Positions 52,722 to 62,087 of a stretch of 64,000 nt of DNA are shown in pieces; positions within the stretch are counted from its first letter, which is position 1; every line of letters starts with the position of its first letter. Under the pieces are notes generated by a model, which did no database searches, was not told where the DNA came from, and saw nothing but the letters and a program-made list of their open reading frames with translations. Location of the stretch: the IMG/VR virus record IMGVR_UViG_3300028886_000037, positions 160,001 through 224,000 of that record; one strand, 5' to 3'. The DNA is from a virus. Lineage: Duplodnaviria > Caudoviricetes. Both the position numbers and the translations under genes were made by a program.

Positions 52722-53535
52722 AGTTCTTGGTCCTTGTTTAGTTAATTATATTAATTTTGTGCAGTTTTGTAAACTATGTAAAGAAAAGATTTACAAACTG
52801 AACTCCATAGGAACTGCAGAGCTAGAGTGTCGCTCACTCATGTCACGCTCGACCAGCAGTCCCAGTTTGCCCAGATACTGCTCTAGTTCTTTGAAGCTGC
52901 ATTCGAACATAGTGTGTCCATCGAACGCATTCGTAAGCTTCGCCGTGTTGGTCTTGATGTCGTAAGACAGTTCGTATTGCTCAAGCCCATGATCGATTTT
53001 CGTCAGATACATGTCGGAAGATCTAAAGCCCTTCAAACGGCCCTCTAGACGCTTGAACTTCCAAAGTATAAAAGAATCTAGTGTCATGATTTTTCCGAGA
53101 TCATCTTTTTCCACTTCGATACACGGAAGGTGATGTCAGTGGGAAGATACTGTAAGTTAGTTGTGTTCAAAGTTGTCATGGCGTCCCATTCATCCACCAC
53201 GAAGATCTTAGAATTTCCGAAGATGTAAGAGAACGTCAGAATGTGACCGCTGTCTACTACCTTCAGCGTAAGAGACTTGTTGCTCTCGTTGACGATCAGG
53301 TCATACTTGTAGTCGTTGCTCATGCGGATGAAGAGTCCCTTCATCACTTCATACTCTTCTCTTGCTCTATCCATTCGTTCCTCCAATTGCGATGATGAAC
53401 ATTTTCAAGCCGATCAGGAATATAGCCATAGATCCTAGACAAATGAAGAACCAGACCACGACATCTATCGGGTCTGCGTCCATGATTTTTATTAGAAACT
53501 CGAAAATTCTTTTCATCTACTAAAATATATGAAAA

Positions 53536-53988
53536 TTACACGTAGTTGATTCTTCTCATCTCTTCAGTCTCCGGACAAGCGCCGCTGTGGAAGAACTGGA
53601 TTCCTTCTAGCTTTCGACACATCTTCGAGAGAAGCTTGAACAGCTCAGAGTTCTTGTCGTGGTCGATAGCGCGATAGAGTTCGTCAGCCATCTTGTCGAA
53701 AGGCTCGGCTACTTCTTTCTTGTAGAGCTTGTTTATTCGATCCTTCTCTTCCCGAACGGACTTGTAGTCTTCGTTAGCTAGAGCACGGCTGATCCAAGGC
53801 GCTTCGAGTGCTTGATCGAAGTCGATGACTCGATCATACATCTTTTCGAGCTTAGCCATGAGCTCAGGAGTCTTCTTCTGAGCCCTGCGGACTTTAGCTC
53901 TCCAGCGACGACGTGCGATCTGCTCTGGAGACTTTACGACTTTCACTTTTTCAGATTCTAGGATCTGTAGAGCCTTCTTGATTTCCAT
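53536..53988 (-). CDS. putative head-motif protein (MEIKKALQILESEKVKVV)
   Basis: Shared N-terminal motif followed by Arg-rich helix. Confidence 0.45.
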   Translation of the reverse strand: MEIKKALQILESEKVKVVKSPEQIARRRWRAKVRRAQKKTPELMAKLEKMYDRVIDFDQALEAPWISRALANEDYKSVREEKDRINKLYKKEVAEPFDKMADELYRAIDHDKNSELFKLLSKMCRKLEGIQFFHSGACPETEEMRRINYV

Positions 53989-54006
53989 TATTCAATCCTC
54001 AAATTG

Positions 54007-54363
54007 TTATTGTTTAAAGTAGTTGTCTACGATGCCGTCGATGTCCATGCTGTCGTAGCTATTGTACTCGTTCGAAACGATGTCGGCGCGTTCTTCTGAA
54101 ATGTCGCCGTTTGCGACAGCCTTAGAGATGCACTTCTCGAATGCCCTGTCGCCAGCCTGATTGATTCCGTCTCTGACACCCTCAAGCACAGCACGGATGA
54201 CTTCAGATACTGCATTGTTGTAGCTGTTGTCGAACTCTGTGATCACTTCTGTCGGATCATCGCTGTCATGGAATCTGAATGTGTTGGCAAAATCGATAGA
54301 AGCATTTAAGATACGCTTCTTGACTTCATCGGTGACGGTAGCCTTTAGCTTTTCGTAGTTCAT
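54007..54363 (-). CDS. hypothetical early protein
   Basis: GAGG RBS; promoter 54384-54416. Confidence 0.75.
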   Translation of the reverse strand: MNYEKLKATVTDEVKKRILNASIDFANTFRFHDSDDPTEVITEFDNSYNNAVSEVIRAVLEGVRDGINQAGDRAFEKCISKAVANGDISEERADIVSNEYNSYDSMDIDGIVDNYFKQ

Positions 54364-54440
54364 GATTTCCTCTTTGATATTTCAAATTTAAGAAAATCCT
54401 GAGTATTTCTAAACCCAGGATTTTAGATTTTTCAGAAAAA

Positions 54441-55130
54441 TTAGATGTGGCGATATACTTCGAAGAATTCTTTGAACGCCTCGGCGACAGCCTTAGATCC
54501 GCCAGCGTCAAGCTTCTTGTCGAAAGCTTCCTTAGCGGGCTCAAGAGTCTTGATAGCCTCTTCTGGTGTGTGCTGGATGCGCTTCTCGATGTAGAGACCA
54601 GTGGACTCGTTCAATACCCACTCATAGGACTCGTTCACTGCGTTGACGTAAGCGTCCGGACATGAAGGTCCGAGAACTGCGTCAATAGTGATCAAGTGGA
54701 AGTTGGACTCCACGATACCAGTGTCTTCGTTCACGTCGCCAACGCCTCTAGAGGAGACGCCCATTCTCACGTCGACGAGAAGACCAGCGAGCATCTTGCC
54801 GTTCGGCATATACTCAAGAACCTTAGCCTTGCCGATAGCGAAGTCCTCGTCCATGCGTAGAGAGCAGATCTTGATTGCTGCTTCCTTGGAGTTCACCTTC
54901 GCATATTCCGGGTGCTCTAGCTCACCAAGGCACTCGTTGCTGTTGATCAGCTTGTTCAAGGACGTTACTTCTCGTTCGATCAATTCACGCGGATAAGTTC
55001 TACCATTTCTGTTCTTCTTTCCAGCTCCCATGAAGACGCCCTCGATGTACAGAGACTTAGACTCGTTGTCTCTATTAGAAGTGACGTCGCTGAGATACGC
55101 TTCGTTCAAAAGTTTCTTATGTTCAGCCAT
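54441..55130 (-). CDS. prohead core protease (T4 gp21-like)
   Basis: NRNGRTYP, LGELEHP, GVSSRG, DAV..PS; TATAAATA at 55161-55168. Confidence 0.93.
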   Translation of the reverse strand: MAEHKKLLNEAYLSDVTSNRDNESKSLYIEGVFMGAGKKNRNGRTYPRELIEREVTSLNKLINSNECLGELEHPEYAKVNSKEAAIKICSLRMDEDFAIGKAKVLEYMPNGKMLAGLLVDVRMGVSSRGVGDVNEDTGIVESNFHLITIDAVLGPSCPDAYVNAVNESYEWVLNESTGLYIEKRIQHTPEEAIKTLEPAKEAFDKKLDAGGSKAVAEAFKEFFEVYRHI

Positions 55131-55247
55131 TTTACAGCTCCTTAAACTCTTTGTACCTATTATTTATACAAAGCCGATGTCTCAATACTGTCTAAACACA
55201 AGAAAAACGAGACAAAAATGTCTCGATTCTTGTCTCGATTTTGTCTC

Positions 55248-55757
55248 TTAAAGCTCGATTTTCTCGCAAATTACTCCATTTTGAAGCAGATACTCGATGC
55301 CTTTTCGATCATCATACTCCTCGATGTAGTACACTTCCTTGATCCCAGAAGTGAGAATGAGCTTACAGCAGTTCAGACATGGACTGGTAGTCAGGTACAG
55401 CTGTGCTCCGGTGATGTCCGTGTTGTTCTTCAGTGCGAATCCCAAGCAGTTCATCTCTGCGTGAATCTCGTACTTGTCTGCGAACTCATGATGCTCTTTG
55501 CGGTACTCTTCCTCTGTCAAGAACCTGGTCTGACGCGTGAGAGCGCTATTCCAAGTGATCTTGCCGTCAGGAGTTCTCTTGTAGATCTTGTTGCACTCAG
55601 TGCAGCCCTTAGCGACGCCGTTGTAGCCAGAGCTGAGAATTCTAGAATCCTTCACCAAGATCGCTGCGACTTGGAGTCTTGAGCATGTCGAGTACTTCTT
55701 TAGCGAGTTGAGCACGTCGACATAGAAACGGTTGAATTTCTTTGGATTGTTACACAT
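55248..55757 (-). CDS. dCMP deaminase
   Basis: SGYNG, HAEMN, PCLNC zinc motifs. Confidence 0.92.
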   Translation of the reverse strand: MCNNPKKFNRFYVDVLNSLKKYSTCSRLQVAAILVKDSRILSSGYNGVAKGCTECNKIYKRTPDGKITWNSALTRQTRFLTEEEYRKEHHEFADKYEIHAEMNCLGFALKNNTDITGAQLYLTTSPCLNCCKLILTSGIKEVYYIEEYDDRKGIEYLLQNGVICEKIEL

Positions 55758-56625
55758 CGATTCTCTCCAGTCTGATGAACGTGTTAGCGTATTCTGGCAC
55801 CTTGTCGAACTTGTTAGCGAGACCAGCAGCCATCAGGAACTCTGACATGTCTCGCATGCTCATGCTGCTGAAACGAAGTTTCTTGAACTCTTCCATGATC
55901 TTGAGCTGGACGTGAACTGGAATGTAGTCGAAGTCGATGAGCTTCTTGTTGCGCTCGAAGTTCGCTTTCACCTCATCAGTCTGTTCATTCAGCCAGTCTT
56001 CGAGACCGTTCTCTACGATGTCAGCAGCCGTCTTTACGGAGACTCTCGGCTTGATGTGTGGAATGCCGTCACCTTTGTCTCCAACTACGACTTTTTCGAG
56101 AAGATAGCGTTCTGGATTCACGACGTGAATGAACTGTCGCTTGATCGGATGGTACTGCTTGTAGCCATCGTATTTCAAGAGCTGGTAGAAGTCACGGTCA
56201 GTCGATACGCAGATCACCTCGTATTTTGGCGTGAGATTCTTGGTCAAGACAGCGACGAGATCGTCTCCCTCTGAACCTTCAACCTTGAGTTGATAGATGT
56301 TCGGAATGTATTGACGGAGTTTCTCACAGAATGCGTCTGCTACTGGATAGAACGTGTCGAAGTCGAGCTTGGCTTTAGCTTTCTCTTCTTTTCTGTGAGC
56401 TTTGTAAGCGTCGAAGATCTCGTATCTCCAGTTTCTCTTTCCTTCCTGGCAGAGAATCACAGAGTTAGCTTCGGTCTTCTGCACTAGAGTTGCGAGATTT
56501 TCTAGAATTTCGCACTTCCAGTTATTATATGTCGTGTCGGTCGGATCGTCTCTGTAGCACTTGCAACCAGTACGAATTGCCATGTTGGCCAAATCGACCA
56601 ATAGGATTCTTTTTCTTTGCTTCAT
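55750..56625 (-). CDS. rnh: T4-type RNase H / 5'-3' exonuclease
   Basis: LLVD, WR..F..YK..R, EGDD, STDRDFYQL, GDKGDGIP. Confidence 0.9.
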   Translation of the reverse strand: MKQRKRILLVDLANMAIRTGCKCYRDDPTDTTYNNWKCEILENLATLVQKTEANSVILCQEGKRNWRYEIFDAYKAHRKEEKAKAKLDFDTFYPVADAFCEKLRQYIPNIYQLKVEGSEGDDLVAVLTKNLTPKYEVICVSTDRDFYQLLKYDGYKQYHPIKRQFIHVVNPERYLLEKVVVGDKGDGIPHIKPRVSVKTAADIVENGLEDWLNEQTDEVKANFERNKKLIDFDYIPVHVQLKIMEEFKKLRFSSMSMRDMSEFLMAAGLANKFDKVPEYANTFIRLERIDV

Positions 56626-56724
56626 TGTAAATTAGCGCTTTGTGTTGCGCTCTCCTTATGAACAATTATAGTAAAATTTCGCAAAAACTATTTAGAATGA
56701 CCAAAAGATTACTAAATTTTGAAC

Positions 56725-58371
56725 ATGAACTTTCAATTCCCTTATGAAAAAATCCGTCCAGAGCAGCAAAAGTTCCTGGACACTGTGGCTGGTACCGACA
56801 AGAAGTATATTGTAGCTCAGATGCCTACGGGCTCTGGAAAGTCGGGTATCGCAATCTATGAATCCCTGTTGGCTAACTCGAGCTACATCGTCGTGACCAA
56901 CAAAGCTCTGCAGGATCAGTACTGGAGAGACTTCAAAGACAAGTTCCCTATCCAGATGCTGAAGGGTATGCAGAACTACGACTGCGTAGTGAACGACAAT
57001 GTCAAGTGCGACAGAGGTCCATGTCAGGGATCTGACTCTACTTCCATCGGCATCAAGCGTTACTGCAAGATCAACGACATGTGCCCGTACTACAACACGC
57101 TAAAGAAAGCGTTCGACTCTAAGGTCTTCCTCGCTAACACTTCCATCATGAGATCGGCTGTTGCGCCGAAGGGAGAACAGGTCAAGCGAGACGTGATGAT
57201 AATCGACGAAGCCCATCTTCTCGAAGATTTCCTAGTCGATGTCGGAACGATCAGCTTCAGCGCCGACAAGATGATCAAGGCTTTCGAAGCCGAGAAGAGA
57301 TTGACCAGCGAAGATCTCCACTACATCAAGCACTGTGACTTCGAGTCCTCCTCTAAGCCGACTGCCAAGATGGAGAAATACATCAACATCTGCCAGAACC
57401 TCGCACAGAGTATCGCAAAAGAGCTGATCGAGTACGAGGCCGAACAGCAGAAGAAAGTCGTGGACAGCAAGGTAAAGAAAGCGATGGAAGATGCTGCAGA
57501 TCCACGCAAGTCTAAGTACAAGCACAAGCGTGAGATTCTCGAAACGATCGCAAAGATTGACGCATACAAGGACAGCGACGAGACAGACTCTTGGGTCTAC
57601 AACTGGGACAAGAAAGAACGCCGTCTTGACATCGTTCCTGTGAACGTGGACTGGATCTTCAAGAAGTATTTCGATGGCCTCGCAGACAAGATTATCTTCA
57701 TGTCCGCTACCATTCTGAACCTCTCTAACTTCGCTAACAGCCTCGGCATCCGTCCAGATCAGTGCTGCTTCGTAGATGTCGAATCCACTTTCGATCCGAG
57801 AAAAGCCCCCATCGTCATTCTGGGAAACTGCAACACCAACTACAAGGATCTGCAAGATGAGTCGAACATGGCGAACATCGTGAAGTCCGTCAAGTACATC
57901 ATGGATCAGCACAAGGGACAGCGTGGCATCATCCATACGGGTAACATGAAGATCTCGAAATACATCAAGGAGCATCTCCACGACCCTCGCATTCTGGTGC
58001 GCCTTGACGAAGTGAGAAACGAAGATATTCTGGAAGAGCACTACGTCAGCAAGGACTCAGTTCTCGTGTCGTCTTCGATGACAGAAGGAATTGACCTTCA
58101 CGACGACCTTTCTACATTCCAGATCATCGTCAAGCTTCCGTGGGAATCCCTTGGCAACCTCAGAACCAAGACTCTGTCAGAGGAAGTGCCGCTATGGTAC
58201 TCGAACAAGATGTGGCAGAAACTGCTTCAGGCTAGTGGCCGTTCCGTGAGAAGCCACGAAGACTACGCTGAGACTTTCGTCCTCGATGCCTCGTTCAGTT
58301 TCCAACACAAAAAATTCTCGAAATACCTGCCTGAGTATTTCGAGAAAAGATTGATCGATCCTAACGCTTAG
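56725..58371 (+). CDS. DinG/XPD-family helicase
   Basis: Q motif, PTGSGKS, Cys cluster (Fe-S), DEAH, SAT, EGID, KLP, QASGRSVR. Confidence 0.88.
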   Translation: MNFQFPYEKIRPEQQKFLDTVAGTDKKYIVAQMPTGSGKSGIAIYESLLANSSYIVVTNKALQDQYWRDFKDKFPIQMLKGMQNYDCVVNDNVKCDRGPCQGSDSTSIGIKRYCKINDMCPYYNTLKKAFDSKVFLANTSIMRSAVAPKGEQVKRDVMIIDEAHLLEDFLVDVGTISFSADKMIKAFEAEKRLTSEDLHYIKHCDFESSSKPTAKMEKYINICQNLAQSIAKELIEYEAEQQKKVVDSKVKKAMEDAADPRKSKYKHKREILETIAKIDAYKDSDETDSWVYNWDKKERRLDIVPVNVDWIFKKYFDGLADKIIFMSATILNLSNFANSLGIRPDQCCFVDVESTFDPRKAPIVILGNCNTNYKDLQDESNMANIVKSVKYIMDQHKGQRGIIHTGNMKISKYIKEHLHDPRILVRLDEVRNEDILEEHYVSKDSVLVSSSMTEGIDLHDDLSTFQIIVKLPWESLGNLRTKTLSEEVPLWYSNKMWQKLLQASGRSVRSHEDYAETFVLDASFSFQHKKFSKYLPEYFEKRLIDPNA

Positions 58372-58946
58372 ATTACCCAGTCAATGTATGGTATAGGCTG
58401 TGAGATGACAGATTCGTCTAGATCAGATTCCCAAGGCTCATCTTCAGCTTGTACATACTTGATCTTAGCGTCATCCAGAGTCTTCAGAGCATCAGAGATA
58501 TTCATCTGCTTTGCGTACTCGGGATGCTTAGCGACGTTTCTGCCCTTGAGAACTTCGTACACGTAGTAGCAGTCAGCTACAGTCGAAGGCTGCTTGCTCT
58601 TTCTCCAGGATGTATCAAGATAGTCAGTCTCATCTGAGTTGTCTCTCTTCCAGTCAAGACCCTCTTCTTTGATGACCTGCTTGATCTTCTTAGCGAGCCA
58701 CTTCTTGACATCGTCATCAGTCATCTTGAGGAATCTGTTGTCTAAATAACCTCCGCTATGGTAGTGCTTAGATACGTGTAGAACGACTTCTCCACCCTCG
58801 AGCTCAGCGTCGATATATGGCCAATAGCCTTCAGCAGCTCTGCTGTTCTCCCACATGCCGTCAGACAGCTGTCCGAAGACTCCGTCTAGGATGTCGCACT
58901 CTTTCTGAGTCTTCAAACCAGTCTTGATAATTCTATACTGATCCAT
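58368..58946 (-). CDS. hypothetical late protein with C-terminal head motif (ISDALKTLDDAKIKYV)
   Basis: Last gene of late cassette. Confidence 0.6.
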   Translation of the reverse strand: MDQYRIIKTGLKTQKECDILDGVFGQLSDGMWENSRAAEGYWPYIDAELEGGEVVLHVSKHYHSGGYLDNRFLKMTDDDVKKWLAKKIKQVIKEEGLDWKRDNSDETDYLDTSWRKSKQPSTVADCYYVYEVLKGRNVAKHPEYAKQMNISDALKTLDDAKIKYVQAEDEPWESDLDESVISQPIPYIDWVI

Positions 58947-58948
58947 CT

Positions 58949-59815
58949 TTACTCCTTTACAAACTTCACAACCTGGTCACGGACCGAGTCGTAGTATTTA
59001 TCCCATACTTCGATGATGTGATTGATAGTCTTGTCGTCTGTCTTGTCCATCTTTATCTTTGTCGGATGCTCAGGAGAAGCACGGAAGATATTGTTGTAGC
59101 CTACGTTCGCTCTCGCCTCGAAGAAGTTAGCGTTACCAGTCGTAGCGACCCAGTCCTCCAAGATGTACTCGCCCCAACCGAGTGCTGTCTTGTTGCCTCT
59201 CGAGGTATTGGGAGTCATCATGCAGGTAGCGAACGTGAGAATCTTGTACTTCTTGTTGAAGCACATGTTCTTCAAGCCAGACTGTAGACAAGAGACTGGA
59301 TCGTTAGCCCACATACCACCATCGCAGTAGGAGATTCCGTCTCGGTCGATCACGTCGAAGTAGCGAGGTGCAGCAGCGCTCGTAAGAACAGCGAACCACT
59401 TCTCTACCTTCGGATCACCAAGGTCCCATACCTTCTCACGAGACTTGCCGTTCATAGCAGTCGTAGGGATGAAGATCGGCTTTTTCCAGTTCATGATGTT
59501 GCCATCAAGATTCTTCTTGAGCAGATCCTTCAGAGTCGAGTTGTCGTAAGTCGGACACTTCGGCTCGATTCTCTTGTACCACGGGTACTTCGTGAAGATC
59601 TTCTTCAGGTTGTTCTTGTACAGATTGAAGATGTCGTGAGCAGACATGCCCTCTGCTAGGCATGCTGCGATGATAGCGCCTGTTGAAGTTCCTGCGAAAG
59701 CGACGCTCTGATCTGTGAGCTTCTTTCCAAGATCTGATTCCAACCTGCACATGAACTGAAGCGGTCCGATGCCGAGTGCTCCGCCGCCAGAGATTGAGAT
59801 TGCTAACTTAGCCAT
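58949..59815 (-). CDS. patatin-like phospholipase
   Basis: SGGGALG, GTSTG, SAAAP, DGG. Confidence 0.9.
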   Translation of the reverse strand: MAKLAISISGGGALGIGPLQFMCRLESDLGKKLTDQSVAFAGTSTGAIIAACLAEGMSAHDIFNLYKNNLKKIFTKYPWYKRIEPKCPTYDNSTLKDLLKKNLDGNIMNWKKPIFIPTTAMNGKSREKVWDLGDPKVEKWFAVLTSAAAPRYFDVIDRDGISYCDGGMWANDPVSCLQSGLKNMCFNKKYKILTFATCMMTPNTSRGNKTALGWGEYILEDWVATTGNANFFEARANVGYNNIFRASPEHPTKIKMDKTDDKTINHIIEVWDKYYDSVRDQVVKFVKE

Positions 59816-59951
59816 TGTGTTCGTCCTCATCAAAAATCGAATCGACTATCCTGAACTGCTTGTCAGACTTCTTGACGCACTTCACTACACAAGCGACGAG
59901 AAGTCCCACGTACAAGACTGCTATGCCTATGAGAATTCCCAATACGATCAT
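59808..59951 (-). CDS. 47-aa single-TM protein, not in ORF track
   Basis: MIVLGILIGIAVLYVGLLVACVVKCVKK...; coupled between endolysin and patatin. Confidence 0.6.
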   Translation of the reverse strand: MIVLGILIGIAVLYVGLLVACVVKCVKKSDKQFRIVDSIFDEDEHNG

Positions 59952-60481
59952 TTCAGCTCCTTGTAAGTCTTGCCGTTGTCCAAGCTCATCAAGAACTTGT
60001 TTCTCTTTACAGTGATGCCCTTCTTGAAGATCAGTTCAGGATCGTTGCCCAGATGGATCCACTCAGCGCCAGTAGCCGGGTTCTTCTCGTAGATTACCTG
60101 ACCGAAGTTCACATCGTAGCTCAAGACGAGCTGCTTGATGTAGAGTGCAATCTGCTTAGTAGTCATCGAGCAGTTGTAGACCTGAATGTCTGCTGCACCC
60201 AGCGTAGGAGTCCCTTCGACCTGATACCCGCAGAAGTGGTCAGAAGTCTTGCTCGGATTGTAGCCCTTCTTTACGAGACGATCATAGTCAGCTTTAGTTC
60301 TGACGCCTGACGTGATCAGGACATAGACGGGCTTCATTCCCTCTTTGAACTCCTGAAGTCGATTTCTGACGATCTGTAGCTCACCCGCGAGAATCCTCAA
60401 CAGATCAACCTGGTAGCTCGTCAATTCACCCTTAGAAAACTCAGAAAGCTTAAAGTTATCGCTCAGTTTCTCATCTTTCAT
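59948..60481 (-). CDS. peptidase M15-type endolysin
   Basis: LSDNFKLSEF, ITSGVR, SDH, AADI, WIH; TATAAATA 5 nt upstream. Confidence 0.8.
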   Translation of the reverse strand: MKDEKLSDNFKLSEFSKGELTSYQVDLLRILAGELQIVRNRLQEFKEGMKPVYVLITSGVRTKADYDRLVKKGYNPSKTSDHFCGYQVEGTPTLGAADIQVYNCSMTTKQIALYIKQLVLSYDVNFGQVIYEKNPATGAEWIHLGNDPELIFKKGITVKRNKFLMSLDNGKTYKELK

Positions 60482-60550
60482 ATTGATATTTATACACAAA
60501 AAAAACGGCGCAGATTTGACCATGCACCGTCACCCAACCATAAAGGAAAC

Positions 60551-60985
60551 TCATGTTAGACAGAGATAGAGAATAGTGCCTACGAACATGATGCCTAGCA
60601 GACCTGCAGTCCAGACCTTCTCTCTATTCTGATATAGCTCATATTGCCACTTCCAGTATTTGCGCTGCATCTCCGAGATCGAACGACGGAAAGACTCCTT
60701 GATCTGTTCCTTGTCATACTTGATCTTCAAGCACAGCAGCGTGACAACGAGCGTAGTTGCGATAGTGTAGTTGAAATACTGAGGAATCTGCCAGTAGCCA
60801 GAGACCCAGTTAGTGTAGAAAATGTAAGATGCGCTACACAGATTTCCGCCGAGAGACAAAAGAATAAAGAGCAGGCTGATGTCAGCCGTACTCTTTCTCT
60901 TCAATACTCTCAGAATTTGTGGGGCCGTGCATAGTGCAAAGCAGCCAGCTCCGATAAAACCAAGAACAGTGATAAATGCTGTCAT
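60551..60985 (-). CDS. PQ-loop (SemiSWEET-like) membrane protein
   Basis: TM-PQI..KST.DIS-TM-TM pattern. Confidence 0.75.
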   Translation of the reverse strand: MTAFITVLGFIGAGCFALCTAPQILRVLKRKSTADISLLFILLSLGGNLCSASYIFYTNWVSGYWQIPQYFNYTIATTLVVTLLCLKIKYDKEQIKESFRRSISEMQRKYWKWQYELYQNREKVWTAGLLGIMFVGTILYLCLT

Positions 60986-60990
60986 ACGAT

Positions 60991-61635
60991 CTATTTATCG
61001 TCCTTCTTGTCCGGATCTTCAGCGAGTTCACGGAGATCAGATTGCACCTTCCAGTAACCGCACGGCTTGAACTCGGGACACTTGTGAAGATATTCACAGT
61101 TCTTGACCAAGACAGTTGCGAACTCGGGGTTAGTGCTGAGTACAGCCATCTTGATCATCTCCATGATCTTTCTTGCGTTCGGTGAAGCCATGTTGCAGAG
61201 ACGCTTTCTAGCCATGAACATCAGTTCAGCTGCGTTGATGACCATCACATGTGTGACATAGTGTCCCTGCGGTTCCTGATAGCGGTCATATTTGTCCTGC
61301 CTATCATTGCGCTGAGACTGAACGTAATGCTCTACGCCAGTGTGATGACGGCAGAAGCATACAGAGTCGCAGTACGGAATATGCATACGGATGATGAACT
61401 GGAGGTATCGGATCGGCGAGTGTTCTGAAGTCAGATATCTGACTTTGAGCTCATCGCTGAGAGGCTTTCCGTCATCGAGAATGTAGTTCTTTCCGATCGT
61501 GTTGAGAGCAAGAAACTTGACCCACTGCCAGTCCATCGAAGTGGGGTACTTCAGGACTTCAACGGTCATTCCGTAGATTCCCTCTTCCGTGCATACGCCG
61601 TGGAATTCGTTGTTGTTTACGATTTGAATCGACAT
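60991..61635 (-). CDS. thyX: flavin-dependent thymidylate synthase
   Basis: EHSP, RH..VQSQR, RLC motifs. Confidence 0.8.
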   Translation of the reverse strand: MSIQIVNNNEFHGVCTEEGIYGMTVEVLKYPTSMDWQWVKFLALNTIGKNYILDDGKPLSDELKVRYLTSEHSPIRYLQFIIRMHIPYCDSVCFCRHHTGVEHYVQSQRNDRQDKYDRYQEPQGHYVTHVMVINAAELMFMARKRLCNMASPNARKIMEMIKMAVLSTNPEFATVLVKNCEYLHKCPEFKPCGYWKVQSDLRELAEDPDKKDDK

Positions 61636-61637
61636 AC

Positions 61638-62087
61638 TTAGACTCCCGTGCTACCGAATCCGCCGCGATCCTTCTGATCTTCTAGCGTAGAATCTTCGAA
61701 GACGATCTTTGGCTGTTTCTTGATGATGCGGAACTGACAGATGCGTTCACCCTTCTTGATGAGCGGACCCTTGAGTCCAGCACCAAGCTTGAAGGCCGGA
61801 AACTTCCACATGTCGTTAGGACCGCAGTAGCTGTTGTCTACGACGCCGACCGAGTTGGTCATGATGATTCCGTAGTTCTTGAAAGTAGAGGAGCGAGGAG
61901 CGATGTGCGCTTCATAGCCAGCGGGCAGCTTCATAGCGACGCCGAGTGGAATGAGACGGAATTCACCCATGCCCATGAAGACATCTTCCATAGCCTTCAA
62001 GTCGATCCAGTCTCCATTTTCGATAGCTTCTGGTCTGCACGCTTCATCGAAGACCTTGAGTTGCACCATTTGAAGTTTGTCAGCCAT
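61638..62087 (-). CDS. dut: trimeric dUTPase
   Basis: DWIDL, PRSS, GVVDNSY, RICQ, RGGFGSTG. Confidence 0.95.
   Translation of the reverse strand: MADKLQMVQLKVFDEACRPEAIENGDWIDLKAMEDVFMGMGEFRLIPLGVAMKLPAGYEAHIAPRSSTFKNYGIIMTNSVGVVDNSYCGPNDMWKFPAFKLGAGLKGPLIKKGERICQFRIIKKQPKIVFEDSTLEDQKDRGGFGSTGV

Noticed and set aside
321-54424. CRISPR array or tRNA genes
   Set aside because: Recurrent motifs are dispersed promoters and RBSs, not regularly spaced repeats; no cloverleaf recognised by eye
58949-59815. CBASS-type patatin effector system
   Set aside because: No CD-NTase or ancillary cap genes nearby; context is a late endolysin cassette
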